Source: Lama guanicoe
Lineage: Eukaryota
Reading direction: 5' to 3'
DNA length: 64,000 nucleotides
Assembly: GCA_013239625.1 (NCBI GenBank)
Contig: MU057352.1
Location: forward strand, 27,668,764 to 27,732,763
The notes below the pieces were generated by a model. That model was not told the DNA's origin and did no database searches. It saw nothing but the letters and a program-made list of their open reading frames with translations. Shown in pieces: positions 24,411 through 37,844 of this stretch (positions within the stretch are counted from its first letter, which is position 1; the number at the start of each line of letters is the position of its first letter). The translations under genes and the position numbers were made by a program.

Positions 24411-26039
24411 CAGAGTGGGAGAAGCCTGTGATTCCATCGAGAATCCTCCAAGGGCTGGAGGAACCAAAATGCTTTCCTAGAGGAAACAGAGTAATAACGG
24501 CTATCGAACGTGGCACGCTGGCTGTGGGCCAAGGAAATCGGATGACGACCTTTAGGACATTGCCACACGTGATCCCGGCACTGATCCTACGGATGGGTGA
24601 GAAGCTCACGGAAGCTCAGAGAAGCTGAGGGACCACAGAGGCCACAGAGCCGGTGAGCTGAGGACAGAGCCCCGCTCCACACCGCCACCGGAGGCTAGTT
24701 CCTCTGCACTGGACAATGCCTTCCTACCCGGGACCGGGCCTCGAAGGTCCTCCAGCCCCAACCCCTCGCTGCACAGTAGAGAACTGAAGTCCAGACAGCA
24801 GACGAGACCTCAGAGCCCACAGCAGAGGTGGGGAAAGGGCCCGACACAGTGCTCCATCTGTCCCATCAAGGCTGAGCTAGGGGACACACAGGCAGGAATG
24901 AGGGTGATCAAGACCAGAAGACCCACCCTCCCCCGGGGAGGCTGGCCCCCCAAGCTCTGGCCCTCTCTTCTCTGACTTCCCGTGACACCAGGCATCTGGG
25001 CTGGTGGCCATAGCTCTGGATTCTACCCCGTCTTGTGCAGAATTCTCAGTCAGTCCAAACCTTCGTCTCCCAAACCCCCTGTAAAGGGGAGAAGCTGTGC
25101 CTTGCATACGTTCTACGTGCCTCATGGGGGTTTTTACTAGACGTTCAACAAATACTTGACTGTTACTTTTCTCCCTGGCAACCATGGGAGGGGAAAGAGG
25201 TGAGGACGTTGCACTGGCCTCTGGGTGTGCAGACACCTCATCATGTGACCCTGGCCAGACCTGACCTCTGTGTCTTGCATATTTTATGCTAAAGATCAAG
25301 GAGGTGAAATTGGATCAAAGGGTTTTAACTTAGGACCCATGAACCTCCTGCAACTGCACTAAAGCTGTGCGTGTGTGTATTTCCCTGGCAGCGAGTCTGG
25401 GGCTTTCCTCAGAGCCCCCTCTTCTGTAGGCCGTGGGGTGTCCCAACGCTGGGGGCGCTGATGTCGGAATCACAGTGGACAGAGGACTGAACTGACAACA
25501 GGGTGTGGAAGTGACCATTGCTTTCTTGTCACTGATAGCTGCCCTCTCCCACGTCCCCACAGTAGGAGGGGATTGTCCTTGTGGTGGGGTGACCAGGTAA
25601 TGACTAGTTCCCAGGTGACAAAAGGTCTGGGTGGTGAGATTGGCAGTAGCAAAGGATGAAGGCTGCTTCCAGAGGGCAGAGCAGCAGTGGTTGCCTTTCC
25701 CAGAACCGGGGTGGGCATCTTAGCCTCCTTAGGACGCAAGCGTCACCAGTGGAGCTCAGCAGCATTTCACAGACTCACTCCCACTGAGGAATTGGAGGAG
25801 TCCCTTTCCCTCTCTGGGCCTCAGTTTGCTCACCTGTAATATGGGGCTGCTGACTGTCTCCCTCAAGTCCCTTCTGCTCCGGCACACTGTGCCTGGTTTG
25901 TAGTCTCTGCCCTGTCCTTGCTGATTATTGCAAACTGGGGAGTCACCTGTTGCCTCTCCCAGCCTCTGGGGCTCCTTGGGTGGTAATCTGCCCCCCACGC
26001 ACTCAGCATGGTTATGGCAGAATACGACGATGACAGTAG

Positions 26040-26250
26040 TTGTGGGGGTTGTAATTATCACCCCAGTTGGATGGCTGCGCTGTGGCAGGAAGTGCACATG
26101 CGATGCTTAGGCCTCACAATGACTCAGTGAGGAAGGTGCTGTTATGATCTCCATTTCAGAGATGGAAAAACTGAGGCTCAGAGAGAGTGTGTGATGTACC
26201 AGCTCACAGTGGTGACCCCCTGGCTCCAACCCGGCTGTCTGACCCCAGAC
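26040..26250 (-). mobile_element. MIR SINE
   Basis: atctccatttcagagatggaaaaactgaggctcagagag core. Confidence 0.7.
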
Positions 26251-28774
26251 GCAGCAAAGGTTCAGCCGTTCACAGCATATCCACACTTGACAGAGCACCG
26301 GTGGGTGGGTTTACAGACCGCGGGACTGGGACAACTCTACTGATCATCACAGTCAACATGTTGTGACTTACAGGGCACAGGAACCGGGCGAGCATCCTTC
26401 CTTCCTGCCAGGGCCAGGAGAAGCTGTCTTTCAAGGCTGGTTTCCACCTCGGTACCTGGGTGGGACGCATGTGACCTACGTACCCATCACGGGTAGTTGT
26501 GCCACAAATGGTTCCCTTGTCAGTTTCTCCAGGTCCACAGTGAGCCCCCTGGGGGCGGGGCTCCTGTCTGGGATGTCAGTCACCCACAGGTCTGGTTCAG
26601 GGATGGTCAGAAAAGAGGTGCAGGATGGCAGGATCAAGGCTGGGCACAGGAAGGCAGCAAACACCACAGGTGACGCTGGCTTGACATCCCTTGTTCTGTC
26701 TACACCGACCTGCCTTTCCCTTTTGTCTGCTTTGTGACAGTTAATATACCGAACCGTCACTGCCTTCTTAGCCTGCAGTAAGGGGAACAACTGTTATCTA
26801 CTACGAACCACTGAAGCCTTAAATTGCAGCAGGAATGGTGACAGTGATAGATTAGAATTTCTAAAATCAAACCCAAATGTTTCCCCGTCGTGGCTAAGGG
26901 AAGGGCTACGTTGACTTGAAAATAATTTACTGAGAAAATTTTGTGACGTGTGGTAAATTAAGTCCCCCTTTCAGAGCATTTTTCCCCTCTTCCAAAGTAT
27001 TAGGCCACTTAACTGCTTCCCAAAGACTTCCTGCTTCAACTTAAAACTCGTATTACCCCCCGGGAGAAAACTGATGCAGACCAGGATTTCAGCCAAGGGC
27101 AAGACTGACAGTTCATTTTGAAATTTTAAAAGGGGTGGGGGGAGTGGGGTGATGGATTTTGAATCAAACTGCATTTTTTTCTCCAGTCTTGAAAGAAGGA
27201 ACCAAAGAACAAGGGGGAAATCATCACTGACCACAGCTAATGAATTTTAAATACTTATTACAAGAAAAATTAATTTGCCAAATTGGCCCTGTAGATACAG
27301 GTTAGAAAGTAAGTCATGTCACCTCAAAAAATGCCGAACTCAGAGCGACTAGTGCAGCTCAGACTTAGGGCCGCCCGGCCCTGGCCACGCCGGAAGGTCA
27401 CAGCCTCCTTACTGGGGGGCACGGCCTCCAGGGGCCAGAGCCGTTGTCTCCCCCGGACCCTGTGCTAAGCACCTCACAGATGTTATCTCAGTGAACCTCA
27501 TCACGCCTGGGGCCACTTTATCTTCACCTGTATGATGGGGCGAGAACAGCCACACCCGCCGTGCTGTCCTGAGGGTGGATGTGGAGCCCCGACTCAGTAA
27601 GTCGTTAATACCTTGCAGTGATGATCTTACCATCTGCACTAGCGCGGCGGTGAGGCGGCACAACCCCATGTTCCAGTTACATGGATGCCGAGAGGTGGAG
27701 TCAGCCCCAGGGCTGTCCAGCCTGAGCTTCCGCTCCCTGTTCTGAATCTGCCTTCACCCCCTGCTTTAACAGACCACAGCCCGGGAAGCGAGTCCACACG
27801 GCAGCGGGAAAGGCCGCCCAGGTGCAGGGCTGGCATTAGGGCTGCTGGCACATAACACGGACTGAAGGGGCACCTGGGGAACAGAGCCAGGGGTCTTCAA
27901 AGGCCAGGCCACCCAGCGCTGCCCTCGGACTCCTCCCCAGCCCCGAGCATCGCAGGCCCGTCCTGGCTGGTCCCCATTCCCTGCTTGGCCCTGGGTCTCC
28001 TGCTCACACTTGTTCTGGGCTCACAGCCACAGGGTCCCAGCACTTTCACTCCACGTGGCAGATCTCGGCATCCTGCCTCTAACCTGTTCCTGCCCCTGGA
28101 AGTAGACCTTCCCCCTACTTCTACGCTTGCCCTGCTCTCTGGTGTCAGGGCGGAAAGATAATAGGGAGGCATCATGGCCCAGGGAGCACAAAAAGCAGGT
28201 GATGAGACGGGCCCCTCAGACTGGATTCTCATCCCAGACACATCACTCTCTGGTTTCAAGTGTCACCCAAGAAAGGTTGCTTATCAATCCTCCGTTTTCT
28301 CAGAGAGGAGTTCACAGAGTGCACTTTAGTTGTGAATGCAGATCTTCCTTGGGCTCAAGTTCTGGCTCCACTACTTCCTGTGTGAACTCAGCAGGTTTCT
28401 TAACGTCTCTGTGCTAATATTCTCCATCAATAAAACTCACCAGGTTGCTGGTCACAGGCCACCTCCACCATGAAGCTTTCCCTAACTCATCCCAAGTGAG
28501 AAGTATCCTTGCTTCCTCTGAACTCCTGCTGCACTTCTTGCCATCCTGGTTTAGGAAAAGCACTTTCCTCCTTGTATTAGAGCAGCAGCTTCTCAGCTTT
28601 TTCCAAGAGGTTCCATCAGACCTGGCTGGGGTTAGAGGGTGGTGACAGTGCATGGAGCTATGGACTCCACCCTCTTCATCCAGAGCAACCACCACTTCGC
28701 CTGTCTGTACACCTGCTTACATACCTGCATGAGACTTCATTTGAAGAAAGGGTTCTGGGTGAAACAAATCTTGA

Positions 28775-31700
28775 CCTCAATGAGAAGCTATAACCAACAA
28801 CAGAGAAATACAAAGGATCACAAGAAATTACTATGAACAATGACACACCAAAAAAAGTACAACCTAGAAGAAATGGATAAATTCCTAGAAATGTACAATC
28901 TCCTGAGGCTGAATCAGAAAGAATTAAAAGATATGAATAGGCCAATTACCAGTAATGAAATTGAATCAGTAATAAAAATCTCCCAACAAACAGAAGTCCA
29001 AGACCAGATGGCTTCACAGGTGAATTCTACCAAATGCTTGGAAAAGAGTTAACGCCTATCCTTCTGAAACTATTCCAAAAACTGAACAGAAAGGAATATT
29101 TCTGAATTCATTCTGCANNNNNNNNNNNNNNNNNNNNNNNNNNNNNNNNNNNNNNNNNNNNNNNNNNNNNNNNNNNNNNNNNNNNNNNNNNNNNNNNNNN
29201 NNNNNNNNNNNNNNNNNNNNNNNNNNNNNNNNNNNNNNNNNNNNNNNNNNNNNNNNNNNNNNNNNNNNNNNNNNNNNNNNNNNNNNNNNNNNNNNNNNNA
29301 AAGATATTTCAATATCTGCAAATCAATCAATGTGATGTGTCACATTAACAAACTGAAAAGTAAAAATCATGATTGTCTCAACAGATGCAGGAGAAGCTTT
29401 TGACAAAATTCAGTATCTGTTCATGATGAAGACTCTCAACAAAGTGGGTATAGAGGGATCATACCTCAATATAAATAAAGGCCACATATGAAAATCTGAC
29501 AGCCAACATCATACTCAATGGTGAAAGGCTGAAAGAAAGCATTTCCTCTAAGATCAGGAACAAGACAAGGATACACACACACTCTCAACACTTTTAGTCA
29601 ACATAGTATTAGAAGCTCTAGCAACAGCAATCTAATAAGAAAAAGAAAAAGAATCCAAATTGGAAAGAAAGAAGTAAAACTGTCACTGTTTGCAAATGAC
29701 ATGATACTATATACAGAAAANNNNNNNNNNNNNNNNNNNNNNNNNNNNNNNNNNNNNNNNNNNNNNNNNNNNNNNNNNNNNNNNNNNNNNNNNNNNNNNN
29801 NNNNNNNNNNNNNNNNNNNNNNNNNNNNNNNNNNNNNNNNNNNNNNNNNNNNNNNNNNNNNNNNNNNNNNNNNNNNNNNNNNNNNNNNNNNNNNNNNNNN
29901 NNNNNNNNNNNNNNNNNNNNNNNNNNNNNNNNNNNTTGAAAAACTATAAGATGATTATGAAAGAGTCTGAAGACAATACAAACAGGTGGAAATATATTCC
30001 ATGTTCATGGACTGGAACAATTAATATTGTTAAAATGACCATATAACCCAAGGCAATATACAGATTCAATGCAATCCCCATTGAAATACCAATGGCATTT
30101 TNNNNNNNNNNNNNNNNNNNNNNNNNNNNNNNNNNNNNNNNNNNNNNNNNNNNNNNNNNNNNNNNNNNNNNNNNNNNNNNNNNNNNNNNNNNNNNNNNNN
30201 NNNNNNNNNNNNNNNNNNNNNNNNNNNNNNNNNNNNNNNNNNNNNNNNNNNNNNNNNNNNNNNNNNNNNNNNNNNNNNNNNNNNNNNNNNNNNNNNNNNN
30301 NNNNNNNNNNNNNNNNNNNNNNNNNNNNNNNTAATCTGTGACAAAGGAGGCAAGAATATACATTGCGGAAAAGAAATCTCTCCAATAAATGGTGCTGGGA
30401 AAACTGTACAGTTATATGTAAAAGAATAAAATTGGAACATTTGCTCACACCATATACAAAAATAAAATCAAAGTGGATTAAAAACTTAAATGTAAGACCT
30501 GAAACCATAAAATCCCCAGAAGAAAATATAAGCAGTACACTCTTTGACATCAGTCATAGCAATATTTTTTTTGATACGTCTTCTCAGACAAGGGAAACAA
30601 ATTAAAAAATAAACACATGGGAATACATCAAACTAAAAAGCTTTTGCACAGCAAAGGAAATCGTCAACAANNNNNNNNNNNNNNNNNNNNNNNNNNNNNN
30701 NNNNNNNNNNNNNNNNNNNNNNNNNNNNNNNNNNNNNNNNNNNNNNNNNNNNNNNNNNNNNNNNNNNNNNNNNNNNNNNNNNNNNNNNNNNNNNNNNNNN
30801 NNNNNNNNNNNNNNNNNNNGGCATTTTTCCAAAAAAGACATACAGATGGCCAACAGATATGTGAAAAGGTGCTCAACATCACTAATCATCAGAGAAATGC
30901 AAACAAAAACCACCGNNNNNNNNNNNNNNNNNNNNNNNNNNNNNNNNNNNNNNNNNNNNNNNNNNNNNNNNNNNNNNNNNNNNNNNNNNNNNNNNNNNNN
31001 NNNNNNNNNNNNNNNNNNNNNNNNNNNNNNNNNNNNNNNNNNNNNNNNNNNNNNNATCCTGGTTCCCCCCAAATTAAAAATAGAACCACCATATAATCCA
31101 GCAATTCCCCTTCTAGGTATTTTTCAGAAAAACAAAGCAAAAATAAAAACACTAATTCAAAAAGATACATGCACCCTGATGTTCATAGCAGCATTATTCA
31201 TATATGACAATATGCCAGCATATGCCAACATATGGCAGCAACCTAAGTGCTGCCCATCTATAGATGACTGGNNNNNNNNNNNNNNNNNNNNNNNNNNNNN
31301 NNNNNNNNNNNNNNNNNNNNNNNNNNNNNNNNNNNNNNNNNNNNNNNNNNNNNNNNNNNNNNNNNNNNNNNNNNNNNNNNNNNNNNNNNNNNNNNNNNNN
31401 NNNNNNNNNNNNNNNNNNNNNNNNNNNNNNNNNNNNNNNNNNNNNNNNNNNNNNNNNNNNNNNNNNNNNNNNNNNNNNNNNNNNNNNAATCATAACAAAA
31501 TAGAAACAGAGTCACAGATACAGAAAACAAACCAGTGGTTGCCAAAGGAGAGTCGGGTAGAGGGATGAGTGAAACAAGTGAGGGAGATTAAGAGGTACAA
31601 ACTTCCAGCAGCAAAACACCTGAGTCAGGGGATGAAATGTACAGGATGGGGATGCAGTCAACAACTATGGGGTGACTGTATGATGACAGGTAATAATTAG

Positions 31701-31810
31701 ACTTACTGTGGTGATCACTTTGTAATGTATAAAAATATTCAATCACTACGCTGTGCACGTGGAACTAATGAAGGGTCACAGGTCAATTACACATTGAAAA
31801 ACAAACTCAT
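28775..31810 (+). mobile_element. L1 LINE, ORF2 (RT and C-terminal) plus 3' UTR, disrupted, with six N gaps
   Basis: Peptides [83 protein letters not shown] and PYNPAIPLLGI are L1 ORF2p; stops and frameshifts present. Confidence 0.95.
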
Positions 31811-32709
31811 GACATACAGGCTTTTTAACACCAAGAGAAAAAAATCCATCACTTTGTTGTACTATTTACCCTTACCAAGATTGGTAACAATCCATCACCT
31901 TTACTAGAAAAATAACTCAAACTTCATGCTTTACTAAAAACAGGTCAATAATGTCTTCCTTGCAAACAAAAGACAGCAAACCATTGTAGGATTAAAAGTA
32001 ATTCTCAAGCTTTTTCTTCATCGGTTTCTTAATAAAAAGTTTTGCCAGTGTTCCAGTGCCCGAATAGCATCAAGAAATTTGTTTTAGATGAACAGTTTTG
32101 TGAGCCACCCCAGGTAATATAGGTTATTTCATTGTCTAGTCTAGAAATGTGAAATTCTAAAACCATGGGGCAATCGTTTGGTATTTTACACCTTAAAATG
32201 ATGGTTTATTCAAACAACTGGTTAGAATCACTGTAAATTAAATAAAATTTCATTTGATAGAAAAAAATCTTGACCTCGAGTGGGATGGTAGGTGATGATG
32301 TTGAGAGATCCCGGGGCCGGACAGGGCGCAGCAGGACTCGCCTCGACGCCCCCATAGAGCTGTCAGAGAGCAGAGGCGCAGAGAGGTACGGGATTTATCA
32401 CGAGCACCTGGACTGAAACCTCAGTCAAACAGGAGAGCATCTGGAAGGCTTCTGACTGCCAGCTCCCTGCTCCTCCTAAGGTGGAAGGGGCTGCCGCCAC
32501 GTCTCAGATGCAGCAAATCAAATGCCAGGTGCAGGGGGACAGAGGGTAAGACCACTCACCTCAAACAGTGGCCCAAAGCAAGGCTCACGCTCTAGACGGA
32601 GAATGAGCATCATCACTGCATTTTAAGGGCCGGGGTCTCAGGTAGGGTGGTTCGGGGTGGAGCCCAAATCCAAGATTTCGATTCAGGAAAGCTAACGGAG
32701 GAGCGGAAG

Positions 32710-33419
32710 TACTCAGGCAGAGAGTGTTTTTATTCTACCCACCTCGCCGCCTTAGAGTGGGAGGTGAACAGTAAAAAGTGCATTTATTTAAAAAGCAAAA
32801 GAATTCCAAGACAGTAAGCCGAGCCCCCACCTGTGATGGGAGTGGGCAGATCATCAAGTCGTGGTTACTTCACATGATCCTGGACAAGTGCCTCTGATGC
32901 CTGAGGGGGAGACCTCTGTAGCTAACCCCTCCCCTCTTTTCTCTCATCGGTGATTCAGAACCGTAAGGTCACTTTCTCTGATGGCTGTCTCCCGTGCACC
33001 GGGCTGCAGGGCAGTCCCAGACGAAGGTTCGGCACCTAGATGGGGGTCAGGGAGCTGGGGCCGTGATTCAGGGACGATGCTGTCGGGGACCTGGGGGCCT
33101 CCGTTCGAATGTGAGGCAAAAGGGCTACACAGTGTGGGCCATGTCTGGGGAGCTGATGCAGAAGTCTTCCTGGAAGCAGATGATACGGGGGAAGCGGGTG
33201 TGTGTCTGGTGGGGGTGGGGATCCTGTATTGCTGGTGATGCCGATGGCCTTGCCCACCCAAAGCAGGACAAGGAGAGCCCCATCCGGCAGCCGGGGTGGG
33301 GCGCGCAGAGGAGAGCACCACGGAGAGCACCGCTCGGTGGCCTCCCCGCCCTGGGTGTCCCGGCTGCCCTGCGGAGCCTGGCAGCCCCACCTGTGGCTTC
33401 GTCTCCCGCCGCGTGTCCT
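32710..33419 (-). other. ZFAT: ZFAT 3' UTR (3' end approximate)
   Basis: Non-repetitive sequence after the stop codon, ending at two minus-strand AATAAA hexamers; cleavage site inferred about 20 nt after the distal one. Confidence 0.7.
32729..32788 (-). terminator. Tandem polyadenylation signals of ZFAT
   Basis: Plus-strand tttatt at 32783-32788 and 32729-32734, i.e. AATAAA on the ZFAT strand, about 630-690 nt after the stop. Confidence 0.7.
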
Positions 33420-33659
33420 CTACGGCTCCTGGACTGGCGGCCCCACGGCCGGCTCCCCCACGGGCTGCACGGCCTCCTGCACGTAGACGATGAACTCCGA
33501 GGCCTCCCCGCCCTGTGTGTAGACCGTTACCGTCTCGATGCCCTCCACGTCGTCGGACGACACCACCAGGTGATGCTGCTCGGCCAGCCCCACGGAGGCC
33601 TGCTGGAGGGTCTCCTGGATCATGACCGTGTGGTTGGAGCTGGGCTCCTCGTCGGTGAC
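33420..33659 (-). CDS. ZFAT: ZFAT terminal exon, coding part (79 aa + TAG)
   Basis: VTDEEPSSNHTVMIQETLQQASVGLAEQHHLVVSSDDVEGIETVTVYTQGGEASEFIVYVQEAVQPVGEPAVGPPVQEP*. Acceptor ctcccacag|GTC; stop codon at 33422-33420. Confidence 0.95.
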   Translation of the reverse strand, partial: VTDEEPSSNHTVMIQETLQQASVGLAEQHHLVVSSDDVEGIETVTVYTQGGEASEFIVYVQEAVQPVGEPAVGPPVQEP

Positions 33660-36600
33660 CTGTGGGAGGGCGAGAGAGAGGTCACACGGGCCCCACCTCC
33701 AGGCCTGACCGCGACAGCAGAGTCACAGTTACTGCTTACAAAGCGCCTCATCCGATCCAGGAGCCCGTCCTCGCTGCACAGGCATCTCAGCCGCGCTCCG
33801 GCTGCTCTCACCCGGCTCGTGGAGGAGGGGAGTGAAGCTCACGACTGCAAAGCTGCAAGGCCAGGGGCCCCCGCGGTGGCTAACGGGGCTCAAGTTTACC
33901 CCCAAGGCCCAGGCTCTTCTCCTGACACCAAGCTGCCTCCCCACAACCGTGTTGTGGGTTGGGGGAGAAGCGGGGGGTGCTCCTGGAAATCCACAGCCGG
34001 CGCACTGGGTGGTGAGTGGGGACTACTTTACGTGGGGTTACCTGTCTCCCCGCACCCGCTGGGAGCTCAGCTCTCCGTGTGAAGGTCAGCACCACACTAG
34101 GCAGGCACGGATGCCCTCGTAAGACTGCTTTTCCCCAGGGGTTCTCCGTCAACGCTGCTGCCTCAGACTTTCAGAGGGGGGCCTGCTGATAGAAACTCGC
34201 TGCCCCAGGGCTGGGCGGAAGAGTCTCAGAGCATCTGTCAGCGGAGGGAGCCTGCTGGGCTGGCCTTTCTCTGCAGCTCCAAGGCAGATTCCAGACAAGG
34301 CCACACTCCAGCTGGCACCAGAGCCCCAGGTCCCTGACTCTGGGTTCTGTTCTGTTTTACAACTGCCTTTGATCTCGAGAGGAGAAATCGCAGAAGTAAG
34401 GTGGGGAAGATTTAGAAAGAGCTGAGACCCTAAGAGCTGCGAAAATGACTGAGGGGTCAGAAAGCCAGCCCAGGGGGAAGGCAAAGGGGCCTGGAGTTGC
34501 TGAGCTGGGGTACAAGAGAGCCCTCGGACGTGGGGAGGGATGTCAGAGAGACAGGCCTTTCCAAGGGGGTCTGGGTGGCGAGGTGGAACGTGAGCGTTGG
34601 TCGGGGTGAACTCAAGTCCAGGGACTGTCCTCAGCTGGTGTCATGTGGCAGCGACTGAAGAGATTACGTGCCACAGATCAAAAGGGCTAAATTATTACTC
34701 TTTATGCACCCCAATCAGCTTATGGCTGGCTGTACAGCTCTCAGCCGTTTTCTTTGTTCAAAATGATCACTCTAGTAGTTTAATCTATTAGCACAGGCTT
34801 AAAATTGTTCTCACAGTGGAAATAATATGGCTTCACGGCGTCATTATCCCCTGAGATGGGTACTGCGTTTTCCCCAAATGCTCTAACACATCTTCCAGAT
34901 AAATTATCAGCAGCACAGAGAGCTTAATGGGAAAACTTAACCCACAGGACTCTGCAAATTATTCTCTAAATCAGGCTCCGAGTTCTGCGGTCCTGCCCAC
35001 CTCAAGCGTTCCAGAACCCTGACCGGAAGGCTGTCGGACCCAGGCACGCTGTGGGCTCTCTTCACGCTGAAGGGCAGCTTCCCAGCAAGACCCCAGCCCC
35101 TCCACGGGCTCCACGAGCCCTCCCGCACCACTCGCCGGGCAAACGCCGACGGGCCCTGGGCTGTGGGCCAGCGCACTGGCCTCACTGGTCCCGCCTTTTC
35201 CCTGCTCTCCCCCCGCCCCCGTCCAGCTTCCTCCCCCCCCCCGGGTCAAAATTTCTCCCCCCCCCCGGGTCCCCCCACCACTTTCTGGGTAAAAACTGTT
35301 CCTAGCAGGTTATGCTTTCTCCCTCCCAACATTCAAGGAACTCCCCAGGAGCGCCCCAGCTGGGGGAGCCCCGCTTAAGGGAGGGGGTTCCCTGTACCCA
35401 GAGCCCCTGCAGGGCCCTCTGCCCGGGCCTGTGTTACAGCCCGTCTCTGCCCACGTCTCCCCGCTAAACCCACCACCTCTGGAGAGCGAGGACGAGCCCC
35501 TCCGTGCCAGCGCAGCGCCCGGTCTCCGCAGGCCCGCCAGGGGCACTGGTGTACCCCTTGCACTGTCCCCGGGCAGAGCCTGGAAGTGCTGACAGAACAC
35601 TCGGCAGCCTCCCCCACTCCAGCCTGGCTGCTGCGTCCTTGTTTCAGTCTCAGACAAACCCACCCAGCTGACGTGGAGGCAGGGAGGAGGCAAGCTGTCC
35701 ACAGAGAGGCCCCTTTGGCTCCAAAAGTCCTAACGGTCCATCCTCGTATTATACCGGAGAGGCGCGGCGCTCAGACAGAAAAGAATCCAGAGGCCAGACC
35801 TTCTGACTTTTGGTCTGAGAACTCCCCAGGTCAGGGCTTCAGGCCACCTAACCTGCGCCTGTATCCCTCTCTCCCCTCCTCACGCTTCCTTCACACTCCT
35901 TCCGTCTGCGTCTTGTGACACTCCTGCTCCCTTGTGTTACTGTCACCTCCCACAGTGACCGTAACAGATGGGCCCTCGGCAGTTAGAGTGTTCTCGGGTC
36001 CCTTAGCTCGTTTAATTCTCCAGCAGCCCCGTGAGGAAGGCCAGGCGGGGTGGACTGCAACTCATCTTTTTGAGAAGTGGTTGTTCAGAGAGTTCATGAG
36101 ACCCTACTGCTAACAGCAGGTGATTCTGGAATCTGAAGCCAGGTAAGACCCTCCGAGGCCTCCGGTTTTTCTCACTCCCTCTGTTTAATAGTCAGTGGTC
36201 TCCTGTAACCGCCGAGATGACGGGCCCACACCCCCTGGTGTGAGGGATGAGATCTCTCTGCCCTGGCCCTGCCCGCCCCCTCCCTCTGCTCTCATCTTTG
36301 GTTTCTGAGGACACACGTGCTCTCTCTTGCCCCTGAACTTCCGCCCTTGCTGCTCCACCTGCCTGAAGCCCCCACCCATCACCTTTCCCTGGAGAACTCG
36401 GGCTGAGCCCTCTCGTCCAGGGAGCCCTATGTGCCCTGAGCTACCCAGCCCAGAGACCCCACGTGGCCCTCGTCCCTCAGAGCCTGGAGACAGCAGGCAG
36501 CCCACAGTGAACCCCCGCTTCCCGGATGCGTCCCCGGGGTAGAGAGTGCAGACTGAAGTCACCTAAGAAACATACTAACCTTATTCAAAACCACAAATAA

Positions 36601-37844
36601 AGCTGGCTGGCCCCACAGGTGCCAGTTAGATGGTACTGGTCACTGGGAGAAGCCACGGGCAGTGACCCCCCAGAAGCCCGTGTCTCTCAGACACGTGAGG
36701 TCACTGAGGGCAGCCACCACAGCCTCCGTGCACCCTCCATGGCACTAAAGGTTCTGTTCTTGGTACAGAACCAGGGCTGGGGCCCTTGTCCTGGTTCAGG
36801 TACCGCCATGCCCGCAGCTACAGGCGCTGCCAGGTGTCACAATGCTCCCCTGACCAAGGCGGCTAAGGGACAGTTGGGACATGAATGGGGTCGGCCTGAA
36901 TCCCAGCCTGTGCACCTCTGCTCCATGACACCACCTCGCAAATACACAGAGGGTCACGTCATCCCAGACACAGGAGCTGAGCGCCTACCACGTGCCCTAA
37001 AAACTTGGCGGTGAAAAGGCAGCACATAACCACAAAGGCCCTACTGTGTGTCCCACACTTGGCACCAGCCCCTCCGCTGTCCGTGCCTGGCCAGACCCCG
37101 CATGCCTGGAGCTGCCGCCTGGGCTCAGCGCCCTCCCGGCCTCCGTGGTCCTCTCCCCAGCGAGCCTGTCCCACCGCGGGGCTCCTCCTGCCCCGCTCAG
37201 AGCCCATCCCGGGTTGGATTGTCCCTCTGCTCCTCCCTCACTCCCTTCAGGCTCCTGCTCCAGAGTCACCACATCTGACGGGACCTCCCTGAGCTCCGAG
37301 CAGAAGCAGCCGCCTTGGGCACCCGCTGGTCTCTCCTGCCCGCTGCACTGTTGCCCCTTGAAGTCGTATCACCTGTTTATCGATCTGCTCATCATTGTGA
37401 GCTCCATGAAGGCAGGGACCCGGGCCGTGTTTATGCCACTTTATTTCCAGCACCTACGATATGGCAGGGCACAAGGGGAGTGTCCAGCAAGTCCCCCCCG
37501 ACAGACGGTGTCTGGTACCACGCCCACCAGCACGAAGGGGGCATTGGCACTCTCCGTGGGCGTCTGTGTGCTGCGCGACCACAGGCCGTTTTTCTCTTCT
37601 TTCTAAACTTTTTCTGTTGCCTACATTTTCACATAATATAATCCTTTAATATTTGGGGGAAATGAAGCAAAAAGTAAGATAGGAAAAAAGAAAGGGAAGA
37701 AGAAAAAGGCAGAGTTGCTTCTTCCAAATGCCACGAGGTGTTCCGGCTGAGAAAACATTTTCTCCCAAAAGCACAGGAAGGCCACCAGCCCTGTGCTGGG
37801 CACGGAACGGGCGCTTTAAAAAACTGCAGAAGAACGGAACTCTC

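Noticed and set aside
32994-34082. 362-aa plus-strand ORF, the longest in the window
   Set aside because: Antisense shadow of the GC-rich ZFAT last exon and flanks; non-ATG start, G/R/P/A-rich, no recognisable domain.
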